DNA of 57,664 nucleotides, the filler included, from Dugesia japonica (Eukaryota), in assembly GCA_001938525.1 (NCBI GenBank). It is 5 parts of 5 records of this genome, joined end to end, with 100 filler letters (N's around TTAATTAATTAA, not from the genome) between each part and the next. Parts side by side here need not be neighbours in the genome. Positions count along the whole stretch, not along the records: positions 1 to 11,351 come from MQRL01585436.1; positions 11,452 to 21,887 come from MQRL01549823.1; 3 more parts are not named here. One strand, written 5' to 3'. Positions 1 to 14,041 of this stretch are shown here, one piece after another. Position 1 is the first letter of the stretch. Each line of letters begins with the position of its first letter. The notes below the pieces were generated by a model. The model was not told the origin of the DNA. It saw nothing but the letters and a program-made list of their open reading frames with translations, and searched no databases. The translations under genes and the position numbers were made by a program.

Positions 1-164
1 AATCAAAATAGTGACTTTTGCTTATTAATCTATGTCTAATGGGACAAATTAAGCATATTAAATGGATAAGGTGAATGTTTTGCTTAACTTGAACAAGTAG
101 ATTAAGATGAATGACAGCATTGAATACTATATATATATATATATATATTCATAGCATATTAATT

Positions 165-2899
165 TTTCTTCGTTTTCTTGAATTTGACTTAAAACTGCTC
201 CACTTGCAAAGTGACTAACATCTGTATCCAATTAGAAAGTATCATTCCTATTTGGAAACGATAAAACTGGTGCGCTTGTGAGATCATGTTTTAGGATGTT
301 GAAAGATTCTTTATGAAATTCTTCCTATGGTAAATCAACCCTTTTTCCGATTTTTGTGATGTTTGCATCTCTTAACAAATCTTCAAGAGGTTTAAAAGTT
401 TTGGCATATCCCCAAATAAATCTTCTGTAATAATTGCAAAATCCTAAAGACTTGATAATTCTTCATTCGTATACGGAATACTTCAATTTTATTCTGCAAT
501 AATTTTTTCTCGATCAGTTCTCACTTCTTCGCCTGATATTATGTGAAACAAATATTTTACTGAAGTTTTTAAACAAAATGCAATTCTTGGGAGATAACTT
601 AACTCCCGATTGACTTAACTGTTGGTTATCTATGCTGGTAATTTTCTATAGTCGATACATAACCTAATGTCTCCAGATTTCCTTTGAACAACCACAATAG
701 GTGAAGACCACAGACTTAAAATTTCGCGTATGATTCTGTTTTCTTCAAGCTCTTTGATCATCTCGTCGATTTTACTTTCCAGATGATGGGGTGCTCGTCG
801 TAATGGTTGAGAACTAGGTTTACGATCAATGACACGTATTTCGTATTTTAAAATTGTACAATGCCCGATATCATAATTTACTTTACTAAATATATCTTTA
901 AATTCTGTTATTATCTTTGTTACATTTTTTATCGATATAAGCTGAATGTATGTTGATAATTGTATCCATCAAACATTGAACATGCCCCATCCTAGTATTT
1001 TGATATATTCTATTAATATTTCAAATATTATCTTCTGTATCATCTATAATCTCAATATAACCTAATCTCCTATTTTAAAACATTGTAAAATCTTTATTTT
1101 TTAAGTTAATTATTCTTACTGGGATTTTTCCAGTTCCTTTAACATGAGACACACTATTCGCAGCTACAACTCCTTATATTTGCTAACTTATCTTTATAAG
1201 GACTAAATTAAACTTTCTTCAAACAAAAAATATCGCTATCTACACTCGCTAAAAAAGTTACTTCTTCTTTAGGTTACTTATTCTTTTCTCAAAATTGTAA
1301 CTTTACTGTCTAATATAATTCTTACTGAACACATCTGAATACCCTTCAAACTTATCGCACTATTATCTGGACCCTCGGATACAGTGCTCTTTAGTTTTCC
1401 GTTAACTCTCTTATTTTATAAATGAAAGGTACTTTTATTTCATTCGCAGTTACTCAGTCTAGTTTTGGTAAAATCGAAATGTTCATCTTTTTATTATTAT
1501 GACTATTATGACTTTTTGGAACAATTTATCTACAATAGTCATTCTAATTCTATTGGTTTGATTTCCTATAGTTACATTTATAAAAGAATATCCAATTACC
1601 TTAATCGGTAAGCCATTTTCACATGTCAACGTCTCGTTTGATCGAAACAGCTGGACTTTTCTTTTTCTCGGATCATTTGAAATAGATTAAAATCCATAAT
1701 GCTGGAATCTGCTCCAGAATCTATAAAAAATTTACCTTCTTCTTGTTTTACTTTGCCTTTGATTATTGGTTTGTTTGCTGCGGGTTCGCTTCTTGTATCT
1801 GATATCATTGTTCTTTGTTCTTTGTGAATTGGAAATTTGTGTCTTGAACATCGAATCTACTCATCCAACTTAATAATATCGTCTCGGTAATTGATATTTC
1901 ATTTTGTTTCTTTTTGTCTTTCAGTTTTTCTTTCTTTTTAAACAATTTTGAAAAATTCGTTATTATCTTCAGATTCCTTTTCATAATCAAAATTGGCTTC
2001 ATGATATACAATATTCGAATTGTCATTCCTTTCATCTAGTATTTGAAAAGCTTCTTTCTAAATATTAGATCTTTTTGCTGCTTGACAAAATCGAGATATA
2101 TGTCCGGATTTGTTACAGTTCCTGATTAGCAATGGTTTATTACAATTTCGAGCAATATGACCTTCCCCATTGCAATTATAACATTTTATTTCTTGTTTGA
2201 TCTTTTGAGCTGCATACTTTGAAGAATATGTTTCATGGTTTCTTTCTAAATATTTTATACGATTTTCAAGATCAATTTTTTTTTCGTTTTAATAATTCCA
2301 TTTCTAGTCATTTTCTGGGTTAACATCATTGTTAATAATTCGCAATTTATCATTATGTCAAGATTTATCTTCCTTTTTTATGCAATTAAAAGTTTCTTCC
2401 AGAGTGTTTGGTTTATTAATTTCCATGGCTCTGACTGCCAAACGATTATAAACCTCTTTCAAAAATATCGATAAGAGAGTATTTTCTCTATCAAATTCAT
2501 TATAATCTGGCATTTCTCGAATTCCAGCAATTCTGATGGCAGTTAGATACTGTCTAAGAGTCATATCTTCATGCTTTAAGGAGAAAATTTTAATTATTGG
2601 AGTAACCTTGGTTGACTTATCTGATATAATTTAATTAACTTTGTCTTCAGCCATCCATAATTTGATTTATTAGAATTAAAACTCTGGAATTGATTAGAGT
2701 TCCAAAAATGCTTCTTCTTCTAAACTTTTCAATAACTTCTCTGAGTGTTGTGTTGGATCCCCTATTTTTTGTTCTTCGGCAAATTTTCGAATTCAGTAAT
2801 ATGAAGATAAATATTTTCTCCGATTGCAAATTACTTGGAAAACATCTTTTTTTTCAGTTACCCAATCGATAAGTTCCTCCAGCAATTATCGTAACGCCA
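165..2899 (-). mobile_element. Degenerate Ty3/Gypsy LTR retrotransposon (gag-PR-RT-RH, truncated)
   Basis: Minus-strand motifs in Gypsy order: gag with CCHC knuckles (CYNCNGEGHIARNC, NCNKSGHISRFC, ~2090-2190), aspartic protease FFIDSGADSSI (1626-1808), RT WSSPIVVVQRKSGDIRLCIDYR (~645-715), RNase H LTSAPVLSFP..FLLDTDVSHFASGAVLSQI (~180-290). Many stops and frameshifts. PBS-like CA|TGGCG at ~2899. Confidence 0.9.
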
Positions 2900-4830
2900 T
2901 GTTATTGAAATTGAACAAAGAAACTTTGGTAACTAAAATTTATTTAAAATCTACACTAATTAATTAATATTATTCAAACACATATCGCAGTTTATATTTA
3001 AAAGTTTATATTTATATTGGTGCTCTAGACTCGATTATATGTGACCATAATGATCGATACCCGCTATTTAAACATTCGTTCAATCATCTAACGATGGCAG
3101 TTCTAGTAACTCTTGCTCTGTATTCAAGAGTACTTGAACATACCATCTGCGTCTTATTTGTGTACAATAAGTTATCAAATTCAATGTAAATAGCAAATAA
3201 GATTAATGATTCATAGGTTATCTGTCGTTCAGTTCAAAAATATGTTTCTTCTCTTGGTACTAATACACCTTTGTTTATCGACTTAGTATTGACATGGGAG
3301 TCCTGTATTTAGTTGGATGTACCAGAGATTCACATTCCTTGAAGTGTTGACTTTCCACTTATTGTTATTTACTTTGAGATTCTAAAATGTCGATTGACGT
3401 AGTGAAGTATTTTTCTATTAATGGTAGGATCTGTAGCTCATTAATGGAAATTAATTTTTAAGATAAAGTTAGAAAATTTCATCTTTAAGAAAAAATGATA
3501 GAACAACATTGTTACCTACCAAATTCATACCACACGCTTAGAAACTAACCTAGCATACAACTGTGAATTTATTTTGTTTCTTAATCTTTTGATTTTAAGA
3601 TGTATCTAACGATTTATGAACTAAATATTCATAGGACCGCTGAACCATAAATATTTCCCATTAGTATTTTTGGTAATTTGATTATTGGTCACTTTTTAAG
3701 TTATGAAATAAAGCATAAAATAATATTTTCAACTTAATTTGTTATACTATGTTAATTAAAGTGTATGGAAAACTGTATTCTAATAAATTTTGAAATATCA
3801 ACTAGTTAAAAGATAAAATTTACAAAAAATTAAATGAATCTTCAAATCGCAAATATCGATTTAAATAAATTTCACTGATTTAGAAATAACTTAACAATTT
3901 CTTTTACCATATTGTGTTGGATAATAAACGATTGCTGCAAAGCTGATAGATGAATTTGTGCGATTATTTTAGCATAATTCTTGGGGCAATAACCGTATAA
4001 ATACAATTAATTCTAACCACAAAGAAGTGTAAACATACTTGAAACTGACATAAATTCATCGATACTTTTTCGAAAATCAAACTTGAGAGATTTGATATTT
4101 GTTTTAGGGACTCTTATAGTTCCACATAGCGCACAAAATCAAATCTACATCTGGATGTCATCAACTGTGAGAAAAAAATTACAATCTACCTTTTGATTTC
4201 TATTTATCACTTCAATATAGACATTCATTTCCATTTATATAATATTTACTAGTAAATTAATTTCATGACTTCCATATGAATTCAAATTAATAAATTATTA
4301 ATTTAATTAATTATTTAATTAATAAATTATTAATTTAATTAATAAATTTTTAATTTAATTAAATAAATTTGTATCAAACAAAACACAAAATTTATAAAAT
4401 AAAATCAAATGTCACACTTCTTTGTTTTGTCAATTTTTATAATGAAAACTTAATAAAAAATCGCCAAAATATGAAAAATAGATAACAATCAATTTATAAG
4501 AACATTAATTATAATTAATTATATTGATCACTGAAGACCAAAATAAAAAATAAAGCAATAAAATTGATCAGCCAAAATGGATTTCTTAAATTAATCAATA
4601 TTTGTTTTCTTTTCAAGTGGGCAATTAAGTTTGGAGATCAAAATCCAAACACTGTCGAAGCAAAATAGAAATAAACCAATTGATTTAAAATAATAATTGA
4701 TAATATATTATAAAAACGGCAATAAATTTTATGGATTTGAAATAACAAAGAAATGAAAAATTTACCGACAAATTATATTAAATTGACAACAAGAAAAAAT
4801 AAGTATAACTATAAACAAAGAATAAATTAG

Positions 4831-5338
4831 CTAGATTTGTGAAACAAATCCCCCATTGTCAACAGATGTTGATGAGACTACTCGATGATTACCTGGACCG
4901 TTTTGAGGTTGAGCATGTAAATTTTTCATCAGAAACGATGTCACCTCATGACGTATTGGAGAAACATTTGGCTGTTGAATAACGGAATTGAAATGATTTG
5001 ATATGTTCTCATCATACGTTTTAACGCGTTTATGTTTTTCAAAATTTGTATAAACTTTATGGTTTCCGTCACTTTGTTGTGTCAGCAATTGAGGTTTATG
5101 TGATGCTGATCTGACTGGAGTATTTGGGATACCATACTCTGATGATATTAAGTTGAGATCAACGAGACTTGGACGTGCAAATACTGAGCCGATGAAAGTA
5201 GATGATTTTCTAACAGCTACAAGTTCTGGTTCATAATCAAAATAGAGATTTGAGCCGGTTCCCAATTTTTGTTCACGAATCAGACCTTTGTACAAAAGGT
5301 TTGGAAATAAAGAATTACGAATAGAACTTATTGTTAAT
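4831..5338 (-). CDS. ATP10: Terminal exon of phospholipid-transporting P4-ATPase (ATP10-like), cytoplasmic tail
   Basis: Acceptor ttttgcttag| at 5339 is phase-compatible with the exon ending at 9225 and gives ...AAILPR-LTISSIRNSLFP..., resembling the ATP10 post-TM10 sequence. Open 169-codon frame to the TAG stop. Confidence 0.7.
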
Positions 5339-5744
5339 CTAAGCAAAAGTAATTTGGTTATCGGATAATTAATTGATGATATATTATTATTTCAAATATC
5401 TCGTTAAAGAAAATGAAAACTATAATAATATGATTTAATTCATAGAGTCAAATATGTAATTGACAAATGAAACATAGTTATTGCCAGTACACAAATAAAT
5501 ATGGGATTTCCTTATCAATTTTTAATTCTTATTTGAATAACAAAATAATATCATCATTTGAAAAATTATTAGTCATTATTAATAGACAAAGAGTGTATAG
5601 AAAGTAATTTGTTTCGAAGATAATATCTGTTCCTGGACAAAAGAAAAGTGTTAACATCCTTCTCCATATTACGATTAATATTATGAATAATTTTTTGCTT
5701 TTTGATGCGATTTATTGATTTTAATTTAATTTAGTTTAATTTTA

Positions 5745-6142
5745 AAAAATAAATAACACAATTTTAAATAAAACTTTATTGTGATATATTTCATTATCAT
5801 CACACAAAATAAAAAATACTAGGTAGCTATAATAAAAATTCTAAATTTTTAAATTCTATTTAAATCTCATTACTAGAAAAGTTAAAAAAAATTTTTTAAA
5901 AATTTTGTTTTGTAAATTTTAAAATTTTAAGATTTTAATATTGGCGTAAATGTCATAAAATTTTATTAGAAAACAAATTTTAATTTTATTAATATTCAGT
6001 ATAATTGATGAAATATTTGTTGGAATAATACAAACTGATTAATCTCATATTTTCATTTTGTCTGATGATAATGATACCAGGTTAATCCGTTGGAAATATA
6101 TCACAATAAAGTTTTATTTTAAATATCGTTATCTATTTTTTA
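5745..6142. repeat. Long imperfect inverted repeat (foldback/MITE-like) in the P4-ATPase intron
   Basis: AAATAAAACTTTATTGTGATATATTTC (~5766-5792) has its reverse complement at ~6093-6119. CATTATCATCACACAAAAT pairs with ATTTTGTCTGATGATAATG (~6055-6073). Confidence 0.6.
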
Positions 6143-7810
6143 GCAAAAAAATTGCCATCGTAGTTTAAGTAAAGTATTATTTTATGACGACTTTTAAAAA
6201 TGATTCATAACTTTTGTTAATGGATATTTTGAAATGAATTATTTAACGAAGCCACATTTCATTGATGTATGCCTGATTTTAAGTTTCAGTTACACAACAT
6301 AGACAGCAAACAAAACAGGTAGGAAACTAAAATTAAAATTAATTCAGGCAAGAGTGAGAAAATGGTTTAAATTCTCAACCTACTAAAATTACTAATTTAG
6401 ATTTATTAGTAAACAATGATTTCAATTATAGAATAAACAAAAAAATTATAAACAAAATTTATTTTCATACAGTAATTGAATAAATAAAGATGCAAATCAA
6501 TAAAGAATCAAACCGGATTTGAAATCTTTATAGATTTTATATAAATTAGATTAAATGAAAATGAAAAGAAATTATTATACTTTCTGTATAAGCAAAATTG
6601 CAATTGTTAGGAAAATCGCTAATCAATGGATTTCAGTTAGAAATTGCAGTAGTAGGAAATGAGTAACAATAGGAGACAAAAAATCTTTATTAAGAGCACA
6701 AAAAATGATAAATCCAAGCAGTTACTGTGGGAAATAAAATCAATAATTTTTTTTAAAATTTTGCAATATTTTTTTAATAAATTTATCTTGAAACACGTCG
6801 AATATTCATGAAAATTTTTGAAAAGAAATTATCAAAGTATATTTTTATCTTTAAATATGTAATAGATATGAATGGGTTTGCCTTAAAATTAGAAACTTTG
6901 ATTTAACCCTCTAGAGAAATTCTTTTTTCAGTTTCAACGAATCAAACTATTGAGCAATCGTAAGCAAAACCGTTCGAGGGCCGGTATGAGCAGTCATACA
7001 CCCACCCCTGCATTAAAATGATTTGAATCATCAATCTAATAGTATACAAATTAATGTTCGCTATACACACAAGCTAGATATATTGTTTTCAAATTGACAA
7101 ATACAATTTTATTTTTAAGCTCATACAAGTCAAGATTTTTTCAAAGATTCAAAATTGTAAAAAGTAACTAATTTAACAATATCAATAAATTTATGATGAG
7201 AAAAAAAATAATCAACAAATAAAACTATAATCTATATCCGTTCTTCTTTAACGTGTTGACATGTAATGTCATATACATAGGAAAGGCAACTTGTAATCTT
7301 AGATCAAGAAGAGAAAAAACAGAATGAATAAAATAGTTACGCAAAATATTATTTGATATTCTCAAATTATTGATTATTAATTCAAAATTCCAAGCAAAAA
7401 CTTGAGATTGTTAGCAAATGGTGAAACGCTAAAGATTAGATTTCACAAATTACTAATTACTATGTAGACTTTCTCGAATTTTCTTAATTTATCTAGAGTT
7501 TTTAGTAGTTTTTCTAAAATAATTATGAAGACAAACAATTTGGGATAATATTTTCGGGATAAGGTCAATATATCCTTTACTTTCTAATTTAAATATTTCC
7601 CAACAACTTTTCATTTGCAAATTAATTTGAAATATTATATCAAATTCGCACATTTTAATCAATAATTGTTAAATATCCCAGTATTCGTAAAACATGCATT
7701 TCAAACCAAATTTATAGGGTATAAAGAAATAAAAAAAAGCATTTCTATGAAGCTAATAATAATAAGTAAATTGATTGTATTTATTTTTAAAATTCGAACC
7801 ACACCTGTCA

Positions 7811-8103
7811 TAAGGGTGGCCAACCGTTCCAAAATTATTGGGAAAATCTCGAATTGTTTAACTTAGTCTCGATGTGTCCGAATGTCTAATTGAAATACAA
7901 ATTATCCCAATTTATAGATTGTTGTTGATTTTAGCAATAACATATTTGAAATGTTATGTAAAATTGTTAAAAATTTTAATATAATGAACGTCGATTATGG
8001 CATATTATTTGAAGAAAGTATCAAAGACCAGGGCACGTCCAATGAATTTTTATAAATTTAATAATTTGTCCCGCTTTCAAACATAGAAAAGTTGACAACC
8101 CTA
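7811..8103. mobile_element. MITE with TAGGGT(T/G)GCCAAC-type termini (hAT-like)
   Basis: Left end (T)AAGGGTGGCCAAC, right end GTTGACAACCCTA, with internal GTCCC/GGGA-type subterminal motifs. No clear target-site duplication. Confidence 0.55.
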
Positions 8104-9165
8104 CATGTCGCTATTTTCATTAATATATATTAGAAAATTACAATTTATAATTTTACCGCATCATTCCTTAATAACTTAAATTAAAGTTGGAAAAAATTTG
8201 CAAGTATTTGTATTCTAAGTTTTAAAAGAATTGCAAANNNNNNNNNNNNNNNNNNNNNNNNNNNNNNNNNNNNNNNNNNNNNNAAAATTAGGTAAAAATC
8301 TATATATTGAACAAGTAAATTAAATCATGAAACATTTGGCAAATTATGGCATTTAAGAAAATATTTTTTGTACAAAAAACTATTTTATATCATTGAAAAT
8401 TCCAATTTCATAGAATCTTTCCAAGAAAAAAAGGATGTCATTTTATAAAGAATTTCAAAATTCAAAAAGAAATTAGCAAAAACAATTACTTCAATATTTT
8501 TAAAATTCCTCACGCATATGATAAATCAAACAGTCTTTAGTTTAACGAGAACAGCTTGGATAAAATAAATAAATAGATTGCTTGTTGAAAATTTAAAAGC
8601 AACATTTTAAATAGAATTGAAGCTTATTTGCAAAAATTTTGAAAACAAAACAAGCTTACTGTTACGAGCTAACTAATTCAAAAATAATAAAAATAAGGTA
8701 TTGTTTAGCTTCTTTTCATTCTTCATGATTTTTAATAAAATTATATTAACAAAATAAAATTAAAATAATATTATTTTCATTTCTACTTGATATTAAAAGA
8801 CCAGGACACGTCGAAATGAATTTTTAAAAAATTTAATAATTTGTCCCGCTTTCAAACATAGAAAAGTTGACAACCCTACATGTCGCTATTTTCATTAATA
8901 TATATTAGAAAATTACAATTTATAATTTTACCGCATCATTCCTTAATAACTTAANTTAAAGTTGGAAAAAATTTGCAAGTATTTGTATTCTAAGTTTTAA
9001 AAGAATTGCAAAAAATTCGAAACTTCCACAAATTTAGAGTATCTTTCTATAGTACTAGAAAATTAGGTAAAAAATCTAAATATTGAACAAGTCAATTAAA
9101 TCATGAAACATTTGGCAAATTATGACATTTAAGAAAATATTTTTTGTACAAAAAAACTATTTTAA
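8023..9165 (+). repeat. ~370-bp direct duplication (8023-8387 and ~8797-9165)
   Basis: Near-identical sequence AAAGACCAGG(G/A)CACGTC...GTTGACAACCCTACATGTC...TTTGTACAAAAAACTATTTTA occurs twice. The first copy contains an N gap. Confidence 0.8.
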
Positions 9166-9224
9166 NACTTTTTAAATATATAATCAATTATTAATAAAAA
9201 GAAAATTTTAAAATAAAAAATAAC

Positions 9225-9418
9225 CTGGGTAATATTGCAGCAAAGGGGGTGACTATACAAAGAAGCCAGAATGAATAACGTTGAATGTTTTGGAATATAA
9301 AATTATGTGGATTATCTCCACTACAAACAACATGACCACACACACTGTTGTAAATTAATGTAAAAACAAACCAAGCTAAAACAAAGCTAATAAATACTCC
9401 CAAAACATGAAACCAAGT
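9225..9418 (-). CDS. ATP10: P4-ATPase (ATP10-like) exon encoding TM9-TM10
   Basis: TWFHVLGVFISFVLAWFVFTLIYNSVC...DNP...FWLLCIVTPFAAILPR, bounded by tttttttcag| and |gtta splice sites; typical of the class-5 P4-ATPase C-terminal TM region. Confidence 0.8.
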
Positions 9419-11259
9419 CTGAAAAAAAATATACAAAAAATAATTATTAAATAATAATTTAAAAAGTACTGAAAATTTAATATTTCTTTAGTTTATCTTA
9501 ATTAGTTAGTTTGATTCCACGATGAACCTGGAGACTATTAGTGTGTTGCTAAACCAACACACCCCCACACAATCTTATGGGCTGGCCATATTCTCGAAAT
9601 TTTAGCGCTTATTTGTATGCAGCCCCATTTTCATCGGCAGTTAGGAATTCTTCTTTGTTAAATAATCTTTTCAATAACGGCAGATAACATACGATACATT
9701 CACAGAACTTGTACCGAAACTATATAAGTTAACTGCGTATCAGTTAGAAAGACTTGATAAGGCTTTAAAGAAAAGTGTACATAATGTATAGATATACAAG
9801 CACATTTCTAGTACTAGCGTGGTCCAGCTTTGGCAAGGAAGACTATATTATGCTATTACAAATGATTCTAGTTGACCATATAGACAAATTTATGAATTGC
9901 ACATAAAGTATATTGATTTTCAGATTATAAATAATTCATAAAAGCAGATCATTACTAAATATTAAAATACCATGCGAAAAATCCGTTAGCAAGTAAAAAC
10001 TACATAACAAAATAAACTTCATTCCCAGGGAAATTGACATTAAACACACCAAATTTAACAGAATATCTTGAGATAATCATGATTAGCTATCAAAGGTCTG
10101 AGTTAAAATAATCCATAAATTTTCATGGCCATAAAATGTCTAAAATAGTGGAACAAATACTGAAATACAGTAAAATAATTTGATAACTGATTTGGAGAAG
10201 CTGGAAAATTAAAGAAATACTAATTATGACTCAGAAATTTAACTACATCATGAAGGTTCTCCTTTCTGGAAATTTCTTCAATTTAAATTTTTACTATTCT
10301 CTTCTCTGATCAAATTCAGGCTAAACTTATCATGTGGATGATTTTATGATTTAAAAGAAGCATCATGTACTTCTCAGTCTAATAAATAATTGTTGATCAA
10401 TGTATATTAGATAAGGAAATATGAACAATTATGTCGAATGAAGTAAAATTATATAACCTTAAATATTTTATTAAAATAATTTATATTATTAGGAGATCTT
10501 AACTTTTTAAAATTTATTTAAGGGTATTTTTAAAAATTGAAATCCATAAAATGTTTCAATAAAAAGATTCAAAATAAAATAAATAAGAAAGGTAAATTTG
10601 TTAAAAAATAATTTTAATTTTTTTATCTTTTGTATTTGAAAATTTTTTAATAAGAATATACACTTAGTTATTATGATTTAAATACTCAAACAGTAACGAG
10701 TGTTCCCCATAAAATATATCACTAACTAATCTTGTAAAACTTTTATATTTCTGTAAAGTTAACTTTGTAAATTGAATACTCATTAAACTTAATCTTTCTT
10801 GGCCTCATCTTTCTTTGACTATATGGTTTTATTAGTAATAACATGTTTTTAAAGTAATAAGAACCGTTTTGATATCACTGTTTATATAAAAATGAGTTCG
10901 CAAATTTCAATAATACATGTCAATTGATCTATCAATTAAATGCTATATTTTAATAAAGATTTTTTATAAATCACTGTCTAAAAATCAATATATGTTGCAT
11001 AATTAACAGTTTATCCAAGTGAAAAACAAAATTTTACTCGAACTTCAACGAGTGATTTTTTTTAATTCGGAAAATAATTTAAATCATAATTGGCTATAAA
11101 TAAAGTTTTCAAGTATTAATTAATGATCTGTGGAATATTATTATTGAATAGGGCAGTCTGGTGGGAAAGTCAATTCTGTTTGTTTTAATAAATAAAATAA
11201 AATACGACTTATTCAATAAATATGCAAAAAACGATGGCAAATGTTTAATAAAAATAAAT

Positions 11260-11351
11260 CTATCTATCTATCAATCTATCTATCTATCTATCAATCTATC
11301 AATCTATCAATCTATCAATCTATCAATCTATCAATCTATCAATCTATCAAT
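11260..11351 (+). repeat. (TCTA)/(TATCAATC)n microsatellite at contig end
   Basis: Directly visible tandem repeat. Confidence 0.9.
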
Positions 11352-11451
11352 NNNNNNNNNNNNNNNNNNNNNNNNNNNNNNNNNNNNNNNNNNNNTTAAT
11401 TAATTAANNNNNNNNNNNNNNNNNNNNNNNNNNNNNNNNNNNNNNNNNNNN
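11352..11451. other. Artificial contig spacer N44-TTAATTAATTAA-N44
   Basis: Six-frame-stop linker; the identical 100-bp structure recurs four times. Confidence 0.95.
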
Positions 11452-11575
11452 CTATATATAGAATCGAAAAAATTTTAAAATCGAAAGGAACAAAAAAGAA
11501 TAAACAATATTATGTAAAATGGCATCGATATGAAAAACCTACTTGGATATTAGCATCACAGTTAGTTAATAATGA
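11452..11575 (+). pseudogene. Polinton family A integrase C-terminal chromodomain
   Basis: YRIEKILKSKGTKKNKQYYVKWHRYEKPTWILASQL matches the chromodomain pattern (IEKI...VKW..Y...TW) and lies directly upstream of the penton, as in Maverick gene order. Confidence 0.7.
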
Positions 11576-12606
11576 ACAACGTGAAAAATTTTCTGTACAC
11601 TTTTACCTAGTAATAGCTGTCCTCTTATTCATCCGAATAATAATGCTAGAAAATTCATTGTTGAGCTTCNNNNNNNNNNNNNNNNNNNNNNNNNNNNNNN
11701 NNNNNNNNNNNNNNNNNNNNNNNNNNNNNNNNNNNNNNNNNNNNNNNNNNNNNNNNNNNNNNNNNNNNNNNNNNNNNNNNNNNNNNNNNNNNNNNNNNNN
11801 NNNNNNNNNNNNNNNNNNNNNNNNNNNNNNNNNNNNNNNNNNNNNNNNNNNNNNNNNNNNNNNNNNNNNNNNNNNNNNNNNNNNNNNNNNNNNNNNNNNN
11901 NNNNNNNNNNNATATGTTGCCATATTTGAAAATGAAACAACTGCAATTAGATTTGGATTCTCATATAAGATTAACCACATGAAACCCGGATAATTTCGTA
12001 TTCTGTATACCGCATTTAAAGAAGATTTGCCAATAGAATATGTAAAATTTAAAATAGAATATTCTAAAATAAGTTATAATACTATACAGTTGAAAGATAA
12101 ATTATACATAACAGAAATTGAAGAATTAAGTAAATATTTAACAAAAAGAAGTTTTGAACTATTTTATACAGTTAGTCTCAAAGCAAATAATCTATTTCAA
12201 ATGTCACTAAGAAATTATATCATTACTGTTACATTTGATAAAGTCTTGACAAAAACTTTTGGATCAGAAAAACAACAATATTCACATGATGAATTGAAGG
12301 ATGGTATATTGCAAGGTATTAGAAATCCAAAAATAATTAAGCTACATCAATAAATGTTCATCTATAGTATTGTTGAACCTATAATTGTAGGAGATGTTAA
12401 AGTTCCTTTTTTGAAATCGGTATGGATAGAAAAACATAAAACTGATGAAGTAATGCAAATAATAGTTGATAATCTAATGTATTTACTAATTGCTACGTAT
12501 AAACAATATAGAAATAAACATTTGTGATGATAACGGTAAATTAATCAAGTTTGCAAAAGACTCTAAAACACGTTTAACTTTAAAGTTTCGAAAATTAAAT
12601 GAATAA
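11572..12606 (+). pseudogene. Polinton family A minor capsid protein (penton, PM), frameshifted, contains an N gap
   Basis: N-terminus LPSNSCPLIHPNNNARKFIVEL. C-terminus FIYSIVEPIIVGDVKVPFLK...INNIEINICDDNGKLIKF...LTLKFR, the conserved Polinton penton end. Confidence 0.8.
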
Positions 12607-13035
12607 TTCCGATATTGTGTCGTTGTATGGCAGTAGTCAAGCTGGTGGAGAATTATCTTATTTTGTAGGAAAACAGTATGGTTTCAGTTTTTTGCGCTCC
12701 TTATTCTTAGACAAATTGGTTCACTTGGTATGAAAACTGCTCAGGATGTACTGGCTAATAATGGGAAGCTATTACCGACACTAAAATCGAATGCATTGGA
12801 TGAAATTGGTAATTTAGTGTCTTCATTGCCTAGCGGATTGACTAACATGATACCAAAAGTAGGAAAAATATTACTGACAAGTATAACAAACAAAATACCA
12901 AGTAGTATAAGTAAAAAATATATTAAAAAAATAAGTAAAAAATAAAACCAACCAGTTAAAAGTGGTAAGCGTGAAAAATCAAGCACGTTGCGTATAAACA
13001 AACGAATGAAAGGACATGGAACTATATTTGAGTAA
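12599..13035 (+). pseudogene. Polinton PW-like basic core protein (frameshifted)
   Basis: YGSSQAGGELSYFVGKQYGFSFLRSL (Q-x-GG..F-x-G..Q-x-G motif), Lys-rich tail ending ...KGHGTIFE*, positioned between penton and major capsid. Confidence 0.65.
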
Positions 13036-13665
13036 TGATCTGTGGAAAAACTGAATTGTGGTTTTTTTATCGACCATCTTCCAAAGCGGTTATTGGGTAT
13101 GGTGCATTTGAGGATGTGTTTCCAATGAATACAATTTCAGAAAATAGAAATTATGTAGAGTTTTATATAAATGGATCCCAAACAGAATACTTAGACTTGA
13201 ATGTTACTTTATTGTACGTGCAAGTAAAAATAGTTGATAAAACTGGTAAAGATTTGGCTGACAATTCTGATGTGGTACCTAACAATTACATATTTCATTT
13301 GTTATTTAAAGATGCAATTATGTCATTTAATACTATTTTTTAAATTAAAAATTGAGGGTGGGAATGAAACTCATATTCAAAAAGCATTGATTGAAACAAT
13401 TTTAAATTATAAGGGAGATAGTAAAAATATATGTCTTGCAGCAATGGGGTATGGATTAGATGATGTTAGAAAAGCTTCTATTTTAAAAATCCAAATCATT
13501 GTCTCCATGTGGTTCATTGCAATTAGATTTTATGGATCAACCGAAATATCTTATTCCGGATGTCAATGTTCATATTCGAATGAAAAGATCCAATTCTAGA
13601 ATGCTTTTAGAATCAGCAAATGATGAACCAAAATATCAATAGTTGGATGCAAAATTAATGGTCAA
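13035..13665 (+). pseudogene. Polinton family A major capsid protein (PY, double jelly-roll), N-terminal half only
   Basis: CGKTELWFFYRP..VEFYINGSQTEYLDLNVTLLYVQVKIV..G..VVPNNYIFHLLF, then KALIETILNY, then GSLQLDFMDQPKYLIPDVNVHIRMKR: the PY N-terminal motifs. Confidence 0.85.
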
Positions 13666-13669
13666 AATT

Positions 13670-13900
13670 AATTGGACAAGCCTCCATACTTTCCAGTAAA
13701 TAAAGCTATAATTGTCAATACTCAAACATCTAATATCGGTAGAGAACATTGGATAGCAGTTTACAAAAAAACAGAAATATTGGTCTCACATCTCTCAAAA
13801 ATATCAAAGCCAATTGAGTAAAACAAAATAAGATTTCAAAACCCATTCACAACGATTTGTGGACGATATTGTTTAATATCGTTAAAAAAGCAACATTATA
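13670..13900 (+). pseudogene. Adenain-like cysteine protease fragment (family A)
   Basis: IIVNTQTSNIGREHWIAVY (His motif) and FQNPFTTICGRYCL (Gln/Cys motif); the FDS region is deleted. Confidence 0.75.
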
Positions 13901-14041
13901 TGTTAAATTTATGTGTCTATGTAACTAAATGTCAACATTGTAGTTGCAAATGTATTATGTTATATGTAATAAATGTATAAAATTAAAATATGTCTTTGTT
14001 TTTTGCTTTCCTATTGGTTGGTTAGTAAATCATTGAATAAA

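Noticed and set aside
8023-9165. Direct repeats as LTR pairs (also 37650-38445)
   Set aside because: They lack TG..CA ends, PBS or PPT, and are adjacent to N gaps, so local duplication or uncollapsed haplotype is more likely.
11603-11993. ORF-track entries spanning N runs (also 25012-25271, 33694-33957, 11161-11403)
   Set aside because: They are open only because of Ns or a microsatellite.
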